Notes under the pieces: model-generated
Databases searched by the model: none
The model's input: the letters and a program-made list of their open reading frames with translations, nothing else
Told to the model about the DNA's origin: nothing
Assembly: GCF_030144855.1 (NCBI RefSeq)
Contig: NW_026780455.1
Span: 372,001-436,000 of the forward strand
Source: Hypanus sabinus
Lineage: Eukaryota
Direction: 5' to 3'
Length of the DNA stretch: 64,000 nucleotides
Shown here: positions 1 through 13,260 of the stretch, in pieces
Layout: every line of letters starts with the position of its first letter
Position numbering within the stretch: position 1 is the stretch's first letter
Program-made: the position numbers and the translations under genes

Positions 1-149
1 AGAAGTGAAGTAGGTGTTGAGCGGTTTCTGTGTGTGTGGCTTGGCGGGGGGATGGCGGCCCGAGCACAGCTCCCATGTGGCAATCTGAACTAGGTGTGTG
101 AACAGCTCGAAATCGTGGCCCATTGTGTTACCGGTGACAGAGGTACAAT

Positions 150-310
150 GAGTGACGAAGTACTTCATTGCCATTTCCGGGAGTTAAGAGCGAAGTTAAA
201 AGGCAGGACCCTCCTGGACTTGTTGTCCATGCTACGTGCCTGTGAGGCCGGAAGCAGGAAGAGTATGCGTATTAATAGGTTGCTAAAGAGTTCTATTATA
301 TCCCTGACGC
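150..310 (+). repeat. Old CR1 ORF1 (esterase-like) relic, similar to 23696-23850
   Basis: FRELRAKLKGRT-type translation. Shares gggagttaagagcgaagtt and attaataggttgctaaagagtt with 23696-23850. Confidence 0.6.
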
Positions 311-355
311 CTGGAAATGGATTCTGAAGTCGGGTTCTCAGTAATATTAAGCAAA

Positions 356-2285
356 ATGTTAACTGTTAAAGCTAATAAAATGGCTTCTTGCTAGTGTTCT
401 CATGAAATGACTTCTCTGTAATATTATCTGACGAGGTGTGTGGTTCTCTGTAGCTGCGATGTTTTGGTTATAACAACAGATAACGTGGAACTAACCAATC
501 GGAGATCTGTTATGCTTTTTTGCATGGTGGCATCCGAGAGAGTGCTTGCGGGCTTTTCGACGAGGCGAGTAAAAAGGAAGGGCGAGTCCGGGACCGTTCG
601 GCGATCCCAAGATGGCGGATACCGGAATTCGATGGTTCGCAGTGTTGTCGGAGGTTCCGAGGTCGTTTATGGACGAACGAGGAAGGGGTAAGATCCAACA
701 AATTATTTTATGTACAAAACTGATAAATTTATTGAGCGGCGCCTTTGTTTTATTTGTTTCACTAAAGCACACCACCAAATAAGTTTAAAAGTGTAATTAT
801 TTAATCATACATTGTGTACTGTCAGATATTATACGTCCTGGGCCTGTACCTGGCTGCATTACACAGCATCTGTGCAAACATGACGACATAGTTTGACAGG
901 GCCACATGTCGTTTCCCCGAGCGGACGTGAGTTGATAGAGCCAGTCTTACATTTGTGGGGTCCAGTCCGGCTGTGTGATCGCCTTGTTTAAAGTTGTGTT
1001 GTCATGGCGGCAGCCGCGTTCGAGCATTGGAGTGCGACGTCATGTTTGCCACTGAGCAATACGTGAGTATTGCGTTGAGTAGAGGCTCGTACCCTGGATG
1101 AAGTGTTCCTTCGACGTCTGAGTTTGGTTCAAGCTGATGGCAAAATTGAAATGGTATCTCGAAAGATTGACTTTGAAACGGAACAGACCTAGTGCTCGTG
1201 CAGACAAGCATGGACGAACGAGGGGCGGAGTTGTCAGAGTTTATTGGTTTCCCGGAGTGGCGGGACTATGGCGTCTGCAAACTAACAGGAGGGAAGTGTG
1301 GAAGGTCAGCGAGCTGGGTTGGCAGAGGATGAGGGCGAAGATCTTAGGGAACGAATTCTCTCGTTACTGAGGGTGGAGTGGAGAGAGTGGTCCGATTTGG
1401 AAAACTTGTTTACTTCCCCTCCCCCAGCAAAAGGTGAGAGTTCCGACTTGGCATCTGCCATTACCTCCCTGGCCAGAAAGTCAAGGGGCCCCGCCAGAAG
1501 ATAAGAATTTTCTCTGGGATAACGCCCAGCCACGAAAGTGAAGAGTATTATGAGACATGGGTAGAACAAACTTCGCAGATGTTAAGTGAGAGAGGCAGTG
1601 CCCGGATGATGAAAAGCGACAGAGATTGGTTGAAAGTTTGCCGGGAGTGGCGGCGGAGGTTGTTCGAGGTGTGAAGGATAACCGGACCTCTGTCTCTAAC
1701 GCTGAGTATTTGGAGGCATTGGAGAGTGCTTTTGTGTTGACAGGGAGCTCCTAGGGGACAAAGCAGAGGGCTGCGAGCTGCGGGGGGTCCGCAAGAGGAG
1801 GGGCGGCCGGATGTGTGTGCGATAACTGTGGGGAAGAAGACCACTTCCGGCAGTAATGTGAGTGGTAGGAAGCCCCTCGGAGGGCGCGTCCCTGGGTATA
1901 CAAGCAGGGCGATGTGTCGGGAAACGTAGAGGAGACTCAATGAGGGAACGGCCTGGGGTCTCTGTGGGAGCACGTTCCCAGCAATTTATCAAAGAAACAA
2001 CGAAAGCAAAAGAGCCGATTGCGGAGGGATCAGTGGAAACCGCTCAGTGTATCGCTACAGAGTCTATGCTGAAAACATACTCGACACCGGCTCGTAGGTC
2101 ACGTTACTATACCGTTTGTTTTACAGTCAGTATCTTAAGCTTTTGCGCTTGACCCCATTCAGTGCGGTGGAGATTTGGGGCATCATTCCTGCTGATTATC
2201 CGTCTGATGTGTACTTGTCAGTGAGACTGGAGTTTTCAGAAGCTGATGTGGTAGTCTCTGAAGCCCCGGAGACGTTACAGCCGGT
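356..2285 (+). mobile_element. Degenerate Ty3/Gypsy LTR retrotransposon: putative 5' LTR (~356-1004), PNMA-like gag relic (~1268-1870) and protease relic (~2077-2280); cut at its 3' end by a CR1 tail
   Basis: Hand translation across frameshifts gives KIRIFSG...EEYYETWVEQTSQML...QCPDDEKRQRLVESL...EYLEALESAF (PNMA/Gypsy capsid-like), a CDNCGEEDHFRQ*C zinc knuckle at 1818-1859, and ILDTGS*VTLLYRLFY (aspartic protease DTG at 2083). LTR limits are approximate. Confidence 0.8.
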
Positions 2286-2287
2286 TT

Positions 2288-3926
2288 AGAACCATAGAAC
2301 ATTACAGCACAGAAACAGACCTTCTGGTCCGTCCTGGCTTTGCCGAAACATTTTTCTGCATAGTCCCAGTGACCTGCATCTGGCCCATATCCCTTCTAAC
2401 CCCTCCCATCCACATATCTGTCCAAGTACCTCTTAAATGTCAGAAGTGAGCCCGCATTCAACACTTCATCTGGCAGCTCATTCCACTCTCTTCACACTCT
2501 CTGCGTAAAAAGCAGACCCCCCGCCAATGTTCCCTTTAAACTTTTCTCCTTTCACCCTTAACCCATGACCCCTGTTTTTTTTCTCCCCTGGCGTCAGTAG
2601 ACAAAACTTTCTTGAATTCACTCTATCTATACCCAGCATAATTATATATACCTCTATCAAATCTCTCCTCATTCGTCTACGCTCCAGGGAATAGTCCAAA
2701 ACTATTCCACTTTTTTCTGTAACTCTGTTTCTCATGTCCCGGCAAAATCCTTGTATACCTTCTCTGCACTCGTTCAACCTTATTAATATCCGTCCTGTAA
2801 TTAGGTGACCAGAACTGCACACAATACTCTAAATTCGCTCACAATTGTCTTATACATCCTCACCTTTACATTCTAACTCTAATACTCAGTACTTTGATTT
2901 ATAAAGGCCAATGTATCAAAAATTCTCTTTGCAACCCTGTCGACCTGTGATGCCACTTTTAGGGAATTATGTATCTGTACTCCCAGATCCCTCTGATCTA
3001 CTGCACTCCTCAGTGTCCTACCATTTATCTTGTATATTCTAACTTGGTTTTCCCTTTCGAAGTGCAATATCTCACACGTCCGTATTAAACTCCATGTGCC
3101 ATTTTTCTGCCCATTCTTCCAACTGGTCCAAATCCCTCTGTAAGCTTTGAAATCATTCCTCACTATTCACTACCCCTCCAGTCTTTGTATCATCAGCAAA
3201 TTTGCTGATCCATTTTTCCACATTGTAATCTAGATCATTGATATAGATGACAAATAACAATGGACCCGGCACTGATCCCTATGGCTCAGCACTAGTCACA
3301 GGCTTCCACTCAGAGACGCAATCCTCCACTACCACTCTCTGACTTCTCCCATTGATCCAATGTCTAATCCAATTTGCTACCTCTCCATGTATACCTAGAG
3401 ACTGAATCGCCCTAACTAACCACCCATGCGGAACCTTGGCAAAAGTCTTACTGAAATCCATGTATAAAACTTCCACTGCCTTCCCTTCATCCACTTTCCT
3501 GGTAACTTCCTCGAGAAACTCCAATAGATTGTTTAAACATGACCTACCACGCACGAAGCAGTGATGATTTTTTTCTGATAAGTCCCTGTCTATTCAAATA
3601 CATGTAGATCCTACCTCTTAGTTTTCCTTCCAATTATTTACTTACTACCGATGTCAAACCTACCGGCCTATCATTCCCCAGCCCACTTTTTGATCCTTTT
3701 TTAAACAAAGGAAAGACATGAGCTATCCACCACTCCTCCGGCACCTGAACCGTGAATATCGACATTTTAAATATTTTTGCCAGGGACCCAGCAATTTCAA
3801 CACTCTGATTTGCCTCAAGACAACAAGCACCTAATCCTCTTTAATCTGTATAAGTTCCATAACCTCCCTAAATGTTTGCCTTGTTTCCATAATCGCCATT
3901 CCAGTTTCCTTAGTAAATACAGAGCC

Positions 3927-3957
<31 letters not shown>

Positions 3958-5150
3958 TCCCATTTCTTTTGGTTCCATACATAGCCGACCATTCTGATCT
4001 TCACGAGGACCAATTTTATCGATTACTATCCTTTGCTCTTAACATACTTGTAGAAGCTCGTAGGATTATCCTTCACCCTGACTGCCAAAGCAACATCATG
4101 TCTTCTTTTAGCCCACTTGATTTCTTTCTTAAGTATTGGATGGTCTATGATACAACCCTATTTATGCGTTCATACCTTTCCTATTTCTCAGCTCCAGCCA
4201 CATGGCCTCAGTAGACATGCCCTCTAATCTGTCTTGTCGAAACACTGCTGTAATACTTTCCCTGAGTAGCACAGCCACCAGCCCACCCTTCATCCCTCTG
4301 CCTATATCAAGTCTGAAACATCGGAACCCTGGAACATTGAGCTGCCAGTCCTGCCCCTCCTGTAGCCAAGCTTCAGTAATGGCTATGCTGTCGTAACCGA
4401 ACGTGTCAATCCAGTCCCTCAGCTCTTCTGCCTTTCCCAAAATATTCCTTGTTTTGAAATATACACACCTCAGAAAATTGCTAGAAGCACACACAATCAT
4501 ACTATTTATGACTTTGCATGAACTACTAACATAATTTATGCTTACCCCCGTTCCACTATCTACTCTGTCACTCTGGTTCCCATTCCTCTGCAAACCTCGT
4601 TTAAACCCTCCCCAATAACACTAGCAAAACCCCTGTAAGTATATTGGTCCCCTTGTAGTTCAGGTGTTATCCGGCTCTCTTGTGCAGCCACTACCTGCCC
4701 CAAAACAGGTCCCAATGATCTAGAAATCTGAAAACCTGCCCCCTACACCAGTTTCTCAGTCACGTGTTCATCTGCCAGAGCATCCTACTCTTACCCTCAC
4801 TGGCACGTGGCACAGGCTGCAATCGGGGGATTACTACCCTTGAAGTCCAGTTTTTCAACTTCCTACCAAACACTCTATACTCACTCTTCAGGAACACCTG
4901 ACCCTTTCTACCTATATCATTGGTACCAATGTGTATCACAACATCTGGCTGATCCCCCTCCCACTTTAGAATGCTGTGTACGCGATCAGAGACATCCCTG
5001 AGACTGACAACCGGGAGGCAACAAACAATGCGTGAGTCACTGTCACGACCCCTCTATATCCTGTCTATGGACCCCTGACTATGGAGTCCCCTAAAAACTA
5101 CAGCTCTCCTCTTCTTCCTCCCTCCCATCTGCACTGCCGCCCCAGACTAT
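2288..5150 (-). mobile_element. CR1 LINE, internally deleted (3' tail, RT, endonuclease and ORF1 pieces)
   Basis: Tail agaaccatagaac at 2288. ORFs 2478-2822, 2879-3163 and 3279-3554 (YMDFSKTFAKVPH) are RT pieces; 4162-4593 (AITEAWLQEGQDWQLNVPGFRCFR) is the endonuclease. Confidence 0.9.
3929..3954. repeat. (TA)n microsatellite (another at ~15019-15051)
   Basis: Direct reading. Confidence 0.95.
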
Positions 5151-5189
5151 ATATATTTCTTTGTAGAATGCAAGTGTTCTGCATTTTGA

Positions 5190-7260
5190 GCCTTTTTTAA
5201 ACAGCGGGGCTACATGAGCTATCCTCCACTCCTCCAGCAGCTGAACCGTGGATATCGACATTTTAAATATTTCTGCCAGGGCCCCAGCAATTTCAACACT
5301 AGTTTCGTTTTAGGTCCTTTAAGGTCCCTTTCAGCTCCTGGGGATTTATCTACTCTGATTTGCCTCAAGACAGCAAGCACCTCCTCCTCTTTAATCTGTA
5401 TAATTTCCATGAACTCCCTTCCTGTTTGCCTTGTTTCCATAAACGACATTCCAGTTTCTTTAGTAAATACAGATGCAAAAAAGCAACATTTAATATATCT
5501 CCCATATCTTTTGGTTCCATACATAGCCGATCACTCTGATCTTCAAGAGGACCAACTTTAACCCTTACTATCCTTTTGTTCTTAACATACCTGTAGAATT
5601 TCTTAGGATTAGCCTCCACCCTGACAGCCAAAGCAACATCATGTTTTCTTTTCGCCCTCCTGATTTATTTTTTTAAGTACTGGATGGTCTATAATACAAC
5701 CCTGTTAATGTGTTCATACCTTTCCTGTTTCTCAGCTCCACGCACGTGGCCTGAGTTGACATGCCCTCTAATCTGTCTTGTCAAAGCACCGCTGTAATAT
5801 TTTCCCTGAACAGCAAAGGCACCACCCCACCCTTCATCCCGCTGCCTCTATCACGTCTGAAACATAGGGACACTGGAACATTGAGCAGCCAGTCCTTCCC
5901 CTCCTGTAGCAAGTTTCAGTCTTGGCTATGATGTCATAACTCCATGTGTCAATCCAGTCCCTCAGCTCTTTTGTCTTTTCCACAATATCCCTTACTTTGA
6001 ATTATACACACCTCAGAAGATTACTAGCACAACACACAACCTTACTACTTACGACTTTGCATGAACTACCAACATAAATTATTTTTACCCCCGTTCCACT
6101 ATCTACTCTGGCACTCTGGCTCCCATCCCTCTGCAAACCACGTTTAAACCCTCCCCAATAACACGAGCAATACTCCCTGCAAGTATATTGCTCCCACTGT
6201 AGTTCAGGTGTAACCCGTCACTCTTGTGCAGGCACTACCTGCCCCAAAACCGGTCCCAATGATCTATAAATCTGACACCCTTCCCCCTACACCAGTTTCT
6301 CACATGTTCTGCCAGAGCATCCTACACTTACCGTCACTGGCACGTGGCACAGGCAGCAATCCGGAGATTACTACTCTCGAAGTCCTGTTTTTCAACTTCC
6401 TACCAAACACTCCAGACTCACTCGTCAGGACCTCCTGACCCTCTCTACCTATGTCATTGGTACCGATTTGCATCACAACTTCTGGCTGATCACCCTCCCA
6501 CTTCAGAATGCTGTGTGTGCGATCAGAGACATCACTGACGCTGACACCCGGGAGTCAACAAACCATTCGGGAGTCTCTGTCACGACCCCTGTATCTCCTG
6601 TCTATGGACCCCTGACTATGGAGTCCCGTAACACTACCGCTCTCCTCTTCTTCCTGCCTCCCTTCTGCACTGCAGCCCCAGACTCAATGCCAGAGATCCA
6701 GCTGCCGGAGCTTGTCCCAGGTAAACTATCCCCCTCAACAGTATCCAAATCGGTATTACTGCTTTGAAGAGGAATGGCCACAGATGAACCCTGCACTGCC
6801 CGCCCTTTACTCTTCCCTCGCCTGACGGTAACCCAATTACCTGTGCCCTGTTCCTCAGGTGTAACTACCTCCCGAAAACTACTGTCTATAAACTGCTTAG
6901 TCTCCTGAATGATCCGGAGGTCATCCAGCTCCTGCTCCGGTTCCCGAACGCGCTCTGTTTGTTGCTGAAGCTGGATGCCCTTCTTGCAGGTATCGTTGTC
7001 AGAGACATCCTGAAAGAGGAGTATTCCGACATCCAGCCTGGCATATTCTCTAGTCTGAACAACAACAAAAAGAGAAAGAAAAACAGAAACTCACTGGGGC
7101 CTCGCCTCTGCTTGTTTCTCGCCAATGCCTGATTGATCCAAAGCCGTCCGACTCTGCCTCACTTCACTGCAACGATGGCCGCTGCGATGATGGCCGCTGC
7201 ATATGGTGGCTTTCTTTTAAGCCTAGTCGCTCTACGTCACGCGCCTGCGCAGTACAGCCT
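5190..7260 (-). mobile_element. CR1 LINE fragment (deleted ORF2, ORF1, 5' end); its first ~1.5 kb duplicates 3700-5150
   Basis: ORFs 5365-5631 (ANPKKFYRYVKNKR), 6602-6796 (AVVLRDSIVRG) and 6886-7125 (ORF1 N-terminus). Near-identical to 3700-5150, including deletion junctions. Confidence 0.85.
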
Positions 7261-7360
7261 CTTTTTCCCTATTAGTTGAAGAAAAGAGAAACGACCCTCC
7301 GCGCTGCTTCAGTCTTCCATTCTCAGCCTCTTGACGCGATTCAACTTCGTTATGAAGGAG

Positions 7361-8210
7361 TGTTACGTGTTCAGGCAACAATAAATATATGAGTTCGGCA
7401 AGGGTTTTTTTTATAACAAACAACACGTTTATTAAACACAGAAAACAAACCCCCCAAAAGTAAACGAACACTAACGTAACCGGAAATCAACTGCTGTGCG
7501 GCAGCTCAAACAGTTCTTAAAGCGATATTGCAAAAACAGTTCTTTAAAGTGTTATTGCCTAAAGTTAGATATGCTCACAGTCCATTTAAAAGGAGAGACT
7601 TAATAAGACGATTTAAATTCTCTTTCAGTTCGCTTTGCTTCGATCCCCAACGTCGAACTTTTCCCACGAAGAATTTTACGAAACGGAACGGCTTAAAGGC
7701 ACTGACCTTTCCTTCCACACTATCCTCAATCCTTTCTGGTACTCCCCGGGATTAACACGAGAATAGTCAACGAAATCCATCCGGATAAGGCTCAAACAAA
7801 TGTCGAACCCGTTTCACCGTAGAAATCGATTCTCCTCAATCTTTAACCCCCGAACTCCGATCTTCACTCTCCATTGATTCTCAAACTAGCAGTATTGTAA
7901 AGAACCTGCTGGCAATGACCTTTTAAACTTTAGGCATTAGATAAAACTTCACCTTTCAACTAAACTGCGTCATCACATTAAATCACGCAGTGGCATGAAG
8001 TCAACTTGGCAAATCCAGCCACGATCTGCCCCTCCTCACAGGGTGGGGTCTTCCTTTTATAACCTGAAAAAAAAACCTCTCACATGATCTCTACTGGCGG
8101 AAAAAATGAAGTCACTCCACCATCACAAGACCATTACCTCAAGTCCAGTGTAGCTTCAACCCCAGTCACATGACAAGGGTACCACTGTCATGTGTCACGA
8201 GTACGTAACA
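7361..8210 (-). mobile_element. Solo LTR (family A, Gypsy-type), 850 bp
   Basis: Termini TGTTACGT...ACGTAACA; imperfect flanking duplication aggag/aggac; homologous (reverse complement) to the LTR at 14090-16126. Confidence 0.8.
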
Positions 8211-8329
8211 AGGACAAAGACGCTTTAGTCTTCATGGAGGAAAGTTGACGGAGTGGACTATTTTCCGCAGTGCGGCGGACTACAGGAGCACAATTCCCAA
8301 ATCCTCGTTTCCCCAGCAGTTTTCCCACC

Positions 8330-9600
8330 CACCTTGATATTTTTTGTCTCTAGCTTGCTTTCATGTTTCATCGTAAAAGCTTCTGCTGTTTCCCCAGTAG
8401 TTTTTGTCTTGTTATATGCCTTCTCTTCCGCTTTTACGTTCTGACACGATTCTCCCAATTTGTCATTTCTGTATTTATTTGTTTGTAGAATGCAAGTGTT
8501 CTGCATTTGCCGCTGTTTTACCCGAAAATCGCAGCATTTCTGCCCTGCAGACAATCCTGACAGCGGACCCATCAGTTTTTATTTGGCCAAGACATTGCTC
8601 ATACAATTGTAATTTCCTTTCCTCCACTGAAACACTGCTGCATCACACCTCAATTTTCCCCATCATATTTGAAAACAAACGCAACTATATTCTGATGACT
8701 GATTCACAAATGTTCGTTTGACTTCAGCTCCCCAATCATTTCCGATTCATTTCATAGGACCCAATCTGGTAGGCTGATCCACAAGTCGGTGTAAGAACGA
8801 CAAAGTATCTAGTAACCCTACAAGAGAGGAGGCTCTGCTTGTGAGAATAACTGCACCCACTTCTACTCCTTCACATACTGCAACATCATACAAACTGCTA
8901 GTAACTTCCACAGTGACGATTGCAGCAATAGGTTGTTAGTTAATCTGCCATCTCCTTGTCTCCGTTTATAATTTGGCCTGCCTCATTTTCCAGCGGTCCA
9001 ATACCCACTCACATTTCTCTTTGATTTTTTCTGTACTTGAAACCGATGTCACTACGCACCTCAATGTTCTTCTCCAGCTTGCTTTCAGATCTCATCTTTT
9101 AGCTTCCAATGATTCTGTCAGCTGCTCTCTTTAGGTTTTTAAAAGCTTCGCAATACTCTGTTTGCACCGCAGTTTTAGTTTGTAGTATGCCTTCTGATCA
9201 GGTTTTAGGATTGTACTGATTCATCATTTATGTATTTATTTGTTTTTAGAATGCAACTATTCTGCACGTTCCTCTGTTTACCGGAATCTCACCGCACTTG
9301 GCATCATCCTGACGCGTCTCCTTCAATATGACCAAGACCTTGCTCATAACACTGTAATTTCCTTTACTCCACTGAAATATGGCTGCGTCAGAATTTAATT
9401 TTCCCCAACATATTGTGATGATTGTTTCCTAAATTTTCGGTTATCCGATGCTCCCGAATCATTTCCGATTCATTACATAACACCGAATCGAGTATAGCAC
9501 ATCCACAAGTCGACGCAAGGACAGACTGGAAAAACAAACCAACCCAATCGATCTGCATTTAGAACAACCCCATGGCTATCATAACATCGACTTTATTCAC
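8330..9600 (-). repeat. Ancient CR1 ORF2 relics, locally duplicated (~8400-8760 vs ~9170-9480)
   Basis: Two diverged similar blocks; reverse-strand translation FQWRKGNYNCM resembles the CR1 ORF2 linker region. Confidence 0.55.
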
Positions 9601-9829
9601 AATATTTTTTCCCTTTGAAATCTGTTGTCTGTATCCCAGCTACTGTCGGGAGGCCTGCATCAACCTCCTTTTACCTTGCCAGTGTCTTAGCACAAACCAC
9701 AGCTGACGAACATACCTCACACATTTTTACTGAGCCGATGCCATTCTCTACATGCAGAGCCAGACTATCCAATCAAAAGACCTTTCAGTTCCTCCGATAC
9801 AACGTGTAGCCTTGGACATTCAGATCCGA

Positions 9830-12800
9830 AATGCGACCAAACTTCAGCCCCGATTCAGTGATGGCGGCAACATCCTGCAATCTGACTGTCTGCAACAGTG
9901 AGGTAGATTGTCCGTGTTAATTGTGGGTAGGAAGCACGTGTGTGAGGCCTGTTTTCTGTGGCCTGTATCAGACATGGGAGGTCCTGGAGGCTCCCAGTCG
10001 CCCGAACGGCCATATCTGGACCTGGTGTGTCGAGCTGCAGCTCGATAACCTTCGTGTGTCAGAGAGAGTGAGGAGGCAATGGACAGGATTTATAGGCAGG
10101 TGGCCACTACGGGGTCACGGGAAACAAACAAGCGGGTATCTGTCAGGAGAGGGAAGGGGAAGAGTCAGTTAATAGAGAGTACCCCTATTGTGGTACATCT
10201 GGACAATAAGTATTCCTGTTTGTGTACTGTTGGGAGGGGGCTGCCTACCTGGAGGAAGGAACAGTGGCCGTGCCTCTGGTCCGGCATTGTGTCTCATAAG
10301 GATAGGGAAACGAAGGTGAAGGCAGTGGTGGCAGTAGTGGCAGAGGGCTCGATATTTTGGGGGTCAAACAGGCGATTCTGTGGCCGCAAGAAACAAACCC
10401 GAATGGTTTTACCTCTCAGCTGACAGGGTCTGAGATCGTGTCCAAGATATCCTGCCGTGGGGGGGGGGGGGAGAACAGCTAGAGGTCGTGGTACATATGG
10501 ATACCAATGACACAGATAGAAAAAGGGAAAAGGTCCTGAAAAAGACTACTTGGAGTCAGGAAGGCTGTTGAGAAGCAGGACCGCAAAGCTGGTAATCTCC
10601 GGATTACTTGCTGTGACACGGGACAGGAACAGAAAGGGGTGGAGGATAAATGCGTGGCTGAAGGATTGGAGCAGCGAACAGGGATTCAGATTTCTGGATC
10701 TTTGGGACCTCTTTTGAGGGAGGTGTGACCTGTAGAAAAAGAAAGGGTTGCATTTGTAGCCCAAGGGGACCAATATCCTGCTGGCGAGGTTTGCTAAGGC
10801 TACTGGGGAGAGTTTCAACTTGAATTATTGGGTGATAGGAACCGAAATGAAGAAACTGAAGAAGAGGAGGTTGACTCACAAATAGAAAAAGCTTGTAGAC
10901 AGTGCGTGTGTGAGGATAGGTAAGTGAGTGTGTGAGTGAGTGTCCGATAAATGAGGGACGCGCTGAGACCGGCGGTTTGGGATGTGTCTACTCTCACGCA
11001 ATGAGTATTGTGAACAAAGCGGATTAGTTTAGAGCGTGGATCAGTCCTTGTAGCTTCGATGTGGTGGCTATTGCAGGGATTTGGATGGCTCACGAATAGG
11101 GAGTGAGGCAAAAGAGAAGGGGGCGTGGCACTTTTTAACAGAGTGTGTGTCACGGCAGCAAAACAGTTGGACATCAGGGAGGAATTGTCTACGGATTCTT
11201 TGTGGTTGGAGGTCAGCAACAGGAAGGGTCAATAAATTTACTGGGTGTCTTTGTAAGCCGCCCAGTAGTAACAGGGATATCGAAACGCAGATGGGGAAAG
11301 ATCCTGGAAAGTTGTAATAAAGGCAGAGTTGTCGTAATGGGAGACTTTAAATTCCAAAATATCGATTGGTATCTCCTAAGAGCAGGCATTCAGACGAGCT
11401 GGAGTTTGTTAGGTGTGTTCATGAAGCTCCCATGACAAAATATGTAGATAAGCCTACAAGAGGGGAGAATGTATTTGGTTTGGTATTGGGAAATGAACCT
11501 GGTCGTGTGTCAGATCACTCATTGGGAGAGTATGTTGAAGATAGTGATCATAGTTCTATCTTCTTTAGATAGAAGTATTGTAGAGAGATGGGTTAGACAA
11601 TTTAGAAAAGCGTTTGATTGAAGTAAGTGGAATTCTGAGGCTATCAGGGAAGAGATTGGAAGCTTAAATTAGGAACAGATTTTAACAGGGAAATGTATGG
11701 AAGAAATGTAGCAAAAGTTCAGGGAATATATTTGTGGAGTTCTGCATAGGTACGTTCCAATGAGACTGGGAATTTATGGTAGGGTACAGGAACCGTGGTG
11801 TACAAATGCTGTAACAATGCTAGACAAGAAGTAAAGAAAAGCTTACGAAAGGATCAGAGAGCTGGTAATGCGAGAGATCCAGAAGATATAAGGCTAACAG
11901 CAAAGAGCTGAAGAAGGAAATTAGGGGAGTCAAAGGGGACATGAGAAGGCCTTGGTGGGCAGAAATAAGGAAAACCCCAAGGCGTTCTACAAGTATGTGC
12001 AGAGCAAGAGGCTAAGTAGTGAAATATTAGGTCCGAACACGTGTGACAATGGGAAAGTGTGCATAGAAACGGGGTAAACAGCAGAGGTACCTAATGAGTT
12101 CTTTAACTCATTTTTTGAGTAGGTCTATAAACGTGCAGACGAAGGAAGAATCCAGTGTATCTAAATTTCAGCAAGGCATTTAATTAGGTGCCCCATACAA
12201 GGCTAATTGAGAAAGTAAGGAGACATGGGATCCAAGGGGCATTGCTTTGTAATCCACAACGGGCTTGCACACAGAAGGCAAACAGTGGTTGTAGACCGGT
12301 CGTATTCCGCATGGATTCGATGACCAATGGGTGTGTCGCAGTGATCGTTTCTGGGACCTTTATTCTTCCCAATTTTTATAAATGCCCTGGATGGGGAGCT
12401 GTAGGGAATGGTTGGTGAATTTGCTGATAACCCAATGGATGGAGATGTTGTGGGTAGTGTGCAGGGCTGTCAGCTGTTACCGTGGGACATTGATAGGATG
12501 CAAAACTGTGCATTGAAGTGACAGATAGAATTCAACGTACGTGAATGTGAAGTGGCTGATTTTGGCAGGTCTAATATGATGGCAAAATATACTATTAATG
12601 GTAAGACTTTGCCGTGTCGATTTTCAGAAGGTTCTTTGGGTCCGAATCCAGGACGCTCAAAGCAGCTGCGCAGGTTGACTCTGTGGTTCAGAAGGCAAAC
12701 GGTGCATTCGCCTTCAACAATCGTGGAATTGTGCTTAAGTGCCCAGAGGTAATGTTGTAGCTATTTTGTATCCTATTCAGACCCAGGTTGGAGTACTGTG

Positions 12801-13260
12801 CTCAGATCTGGTTTCCTCTCTACAGGAAGGATCTGGAAACCAAAGAAAGTGCGTAGAGCAGATTCACAAGTATGCTGCCTGGATTGGGGAGCATGCCTTA
12901 CGAGGTTGGTCTTTTGTTCTTGGAGAGAAGGAGGATGAGTTGTGACCTTATAGAGCTGTATAAGGTGATGAGATGCATTGATCATCTGGATAGTCAAAGG
13001 CTTTATACCAGGATTGAAATGGCTATCACAAGAGGGCACAGCTTTAGGCTGCTGGAAGGAGGTGCAGCTGAGATGTCAGGTTACGGTCTTCACCCGGAGA
13101 TTGGTGAGTGCGTGGAAAGGGCTGCCGGTGACGGTGGTGAAGGCAGATGAGCAAAATGCTTTTTAAGCGAATCCTTGATAGGCACATGGAGCTTATCCGT
13201 AACACGAGGTAATTTAAAACGTTGGTAGAATCTCGGCACAGCTTTGCCGTCCGAAGTTTC
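9830..13260 (+). mobile_element. Degenerate, largely complete CR1 LINE with internal deletions
   Basis: ORF1 zinc-finger and esterase relics (AVFCGLYQTWEVLE; VVHMDTNDT), endonuclease relic (VVMGDFKFQNIDW), RT relics and 3' end; many stops and frameshifts. Confidence 0.85.

Noticed and set aside
8400-9480. Repeated tttgtag|aatgcaagtgttctgca block (also at ~5160) that looked like a duplicated exon
   Set aside because: Reverse-strand translation fits decayed CR1 ORF2; frames are not conserved between copies.
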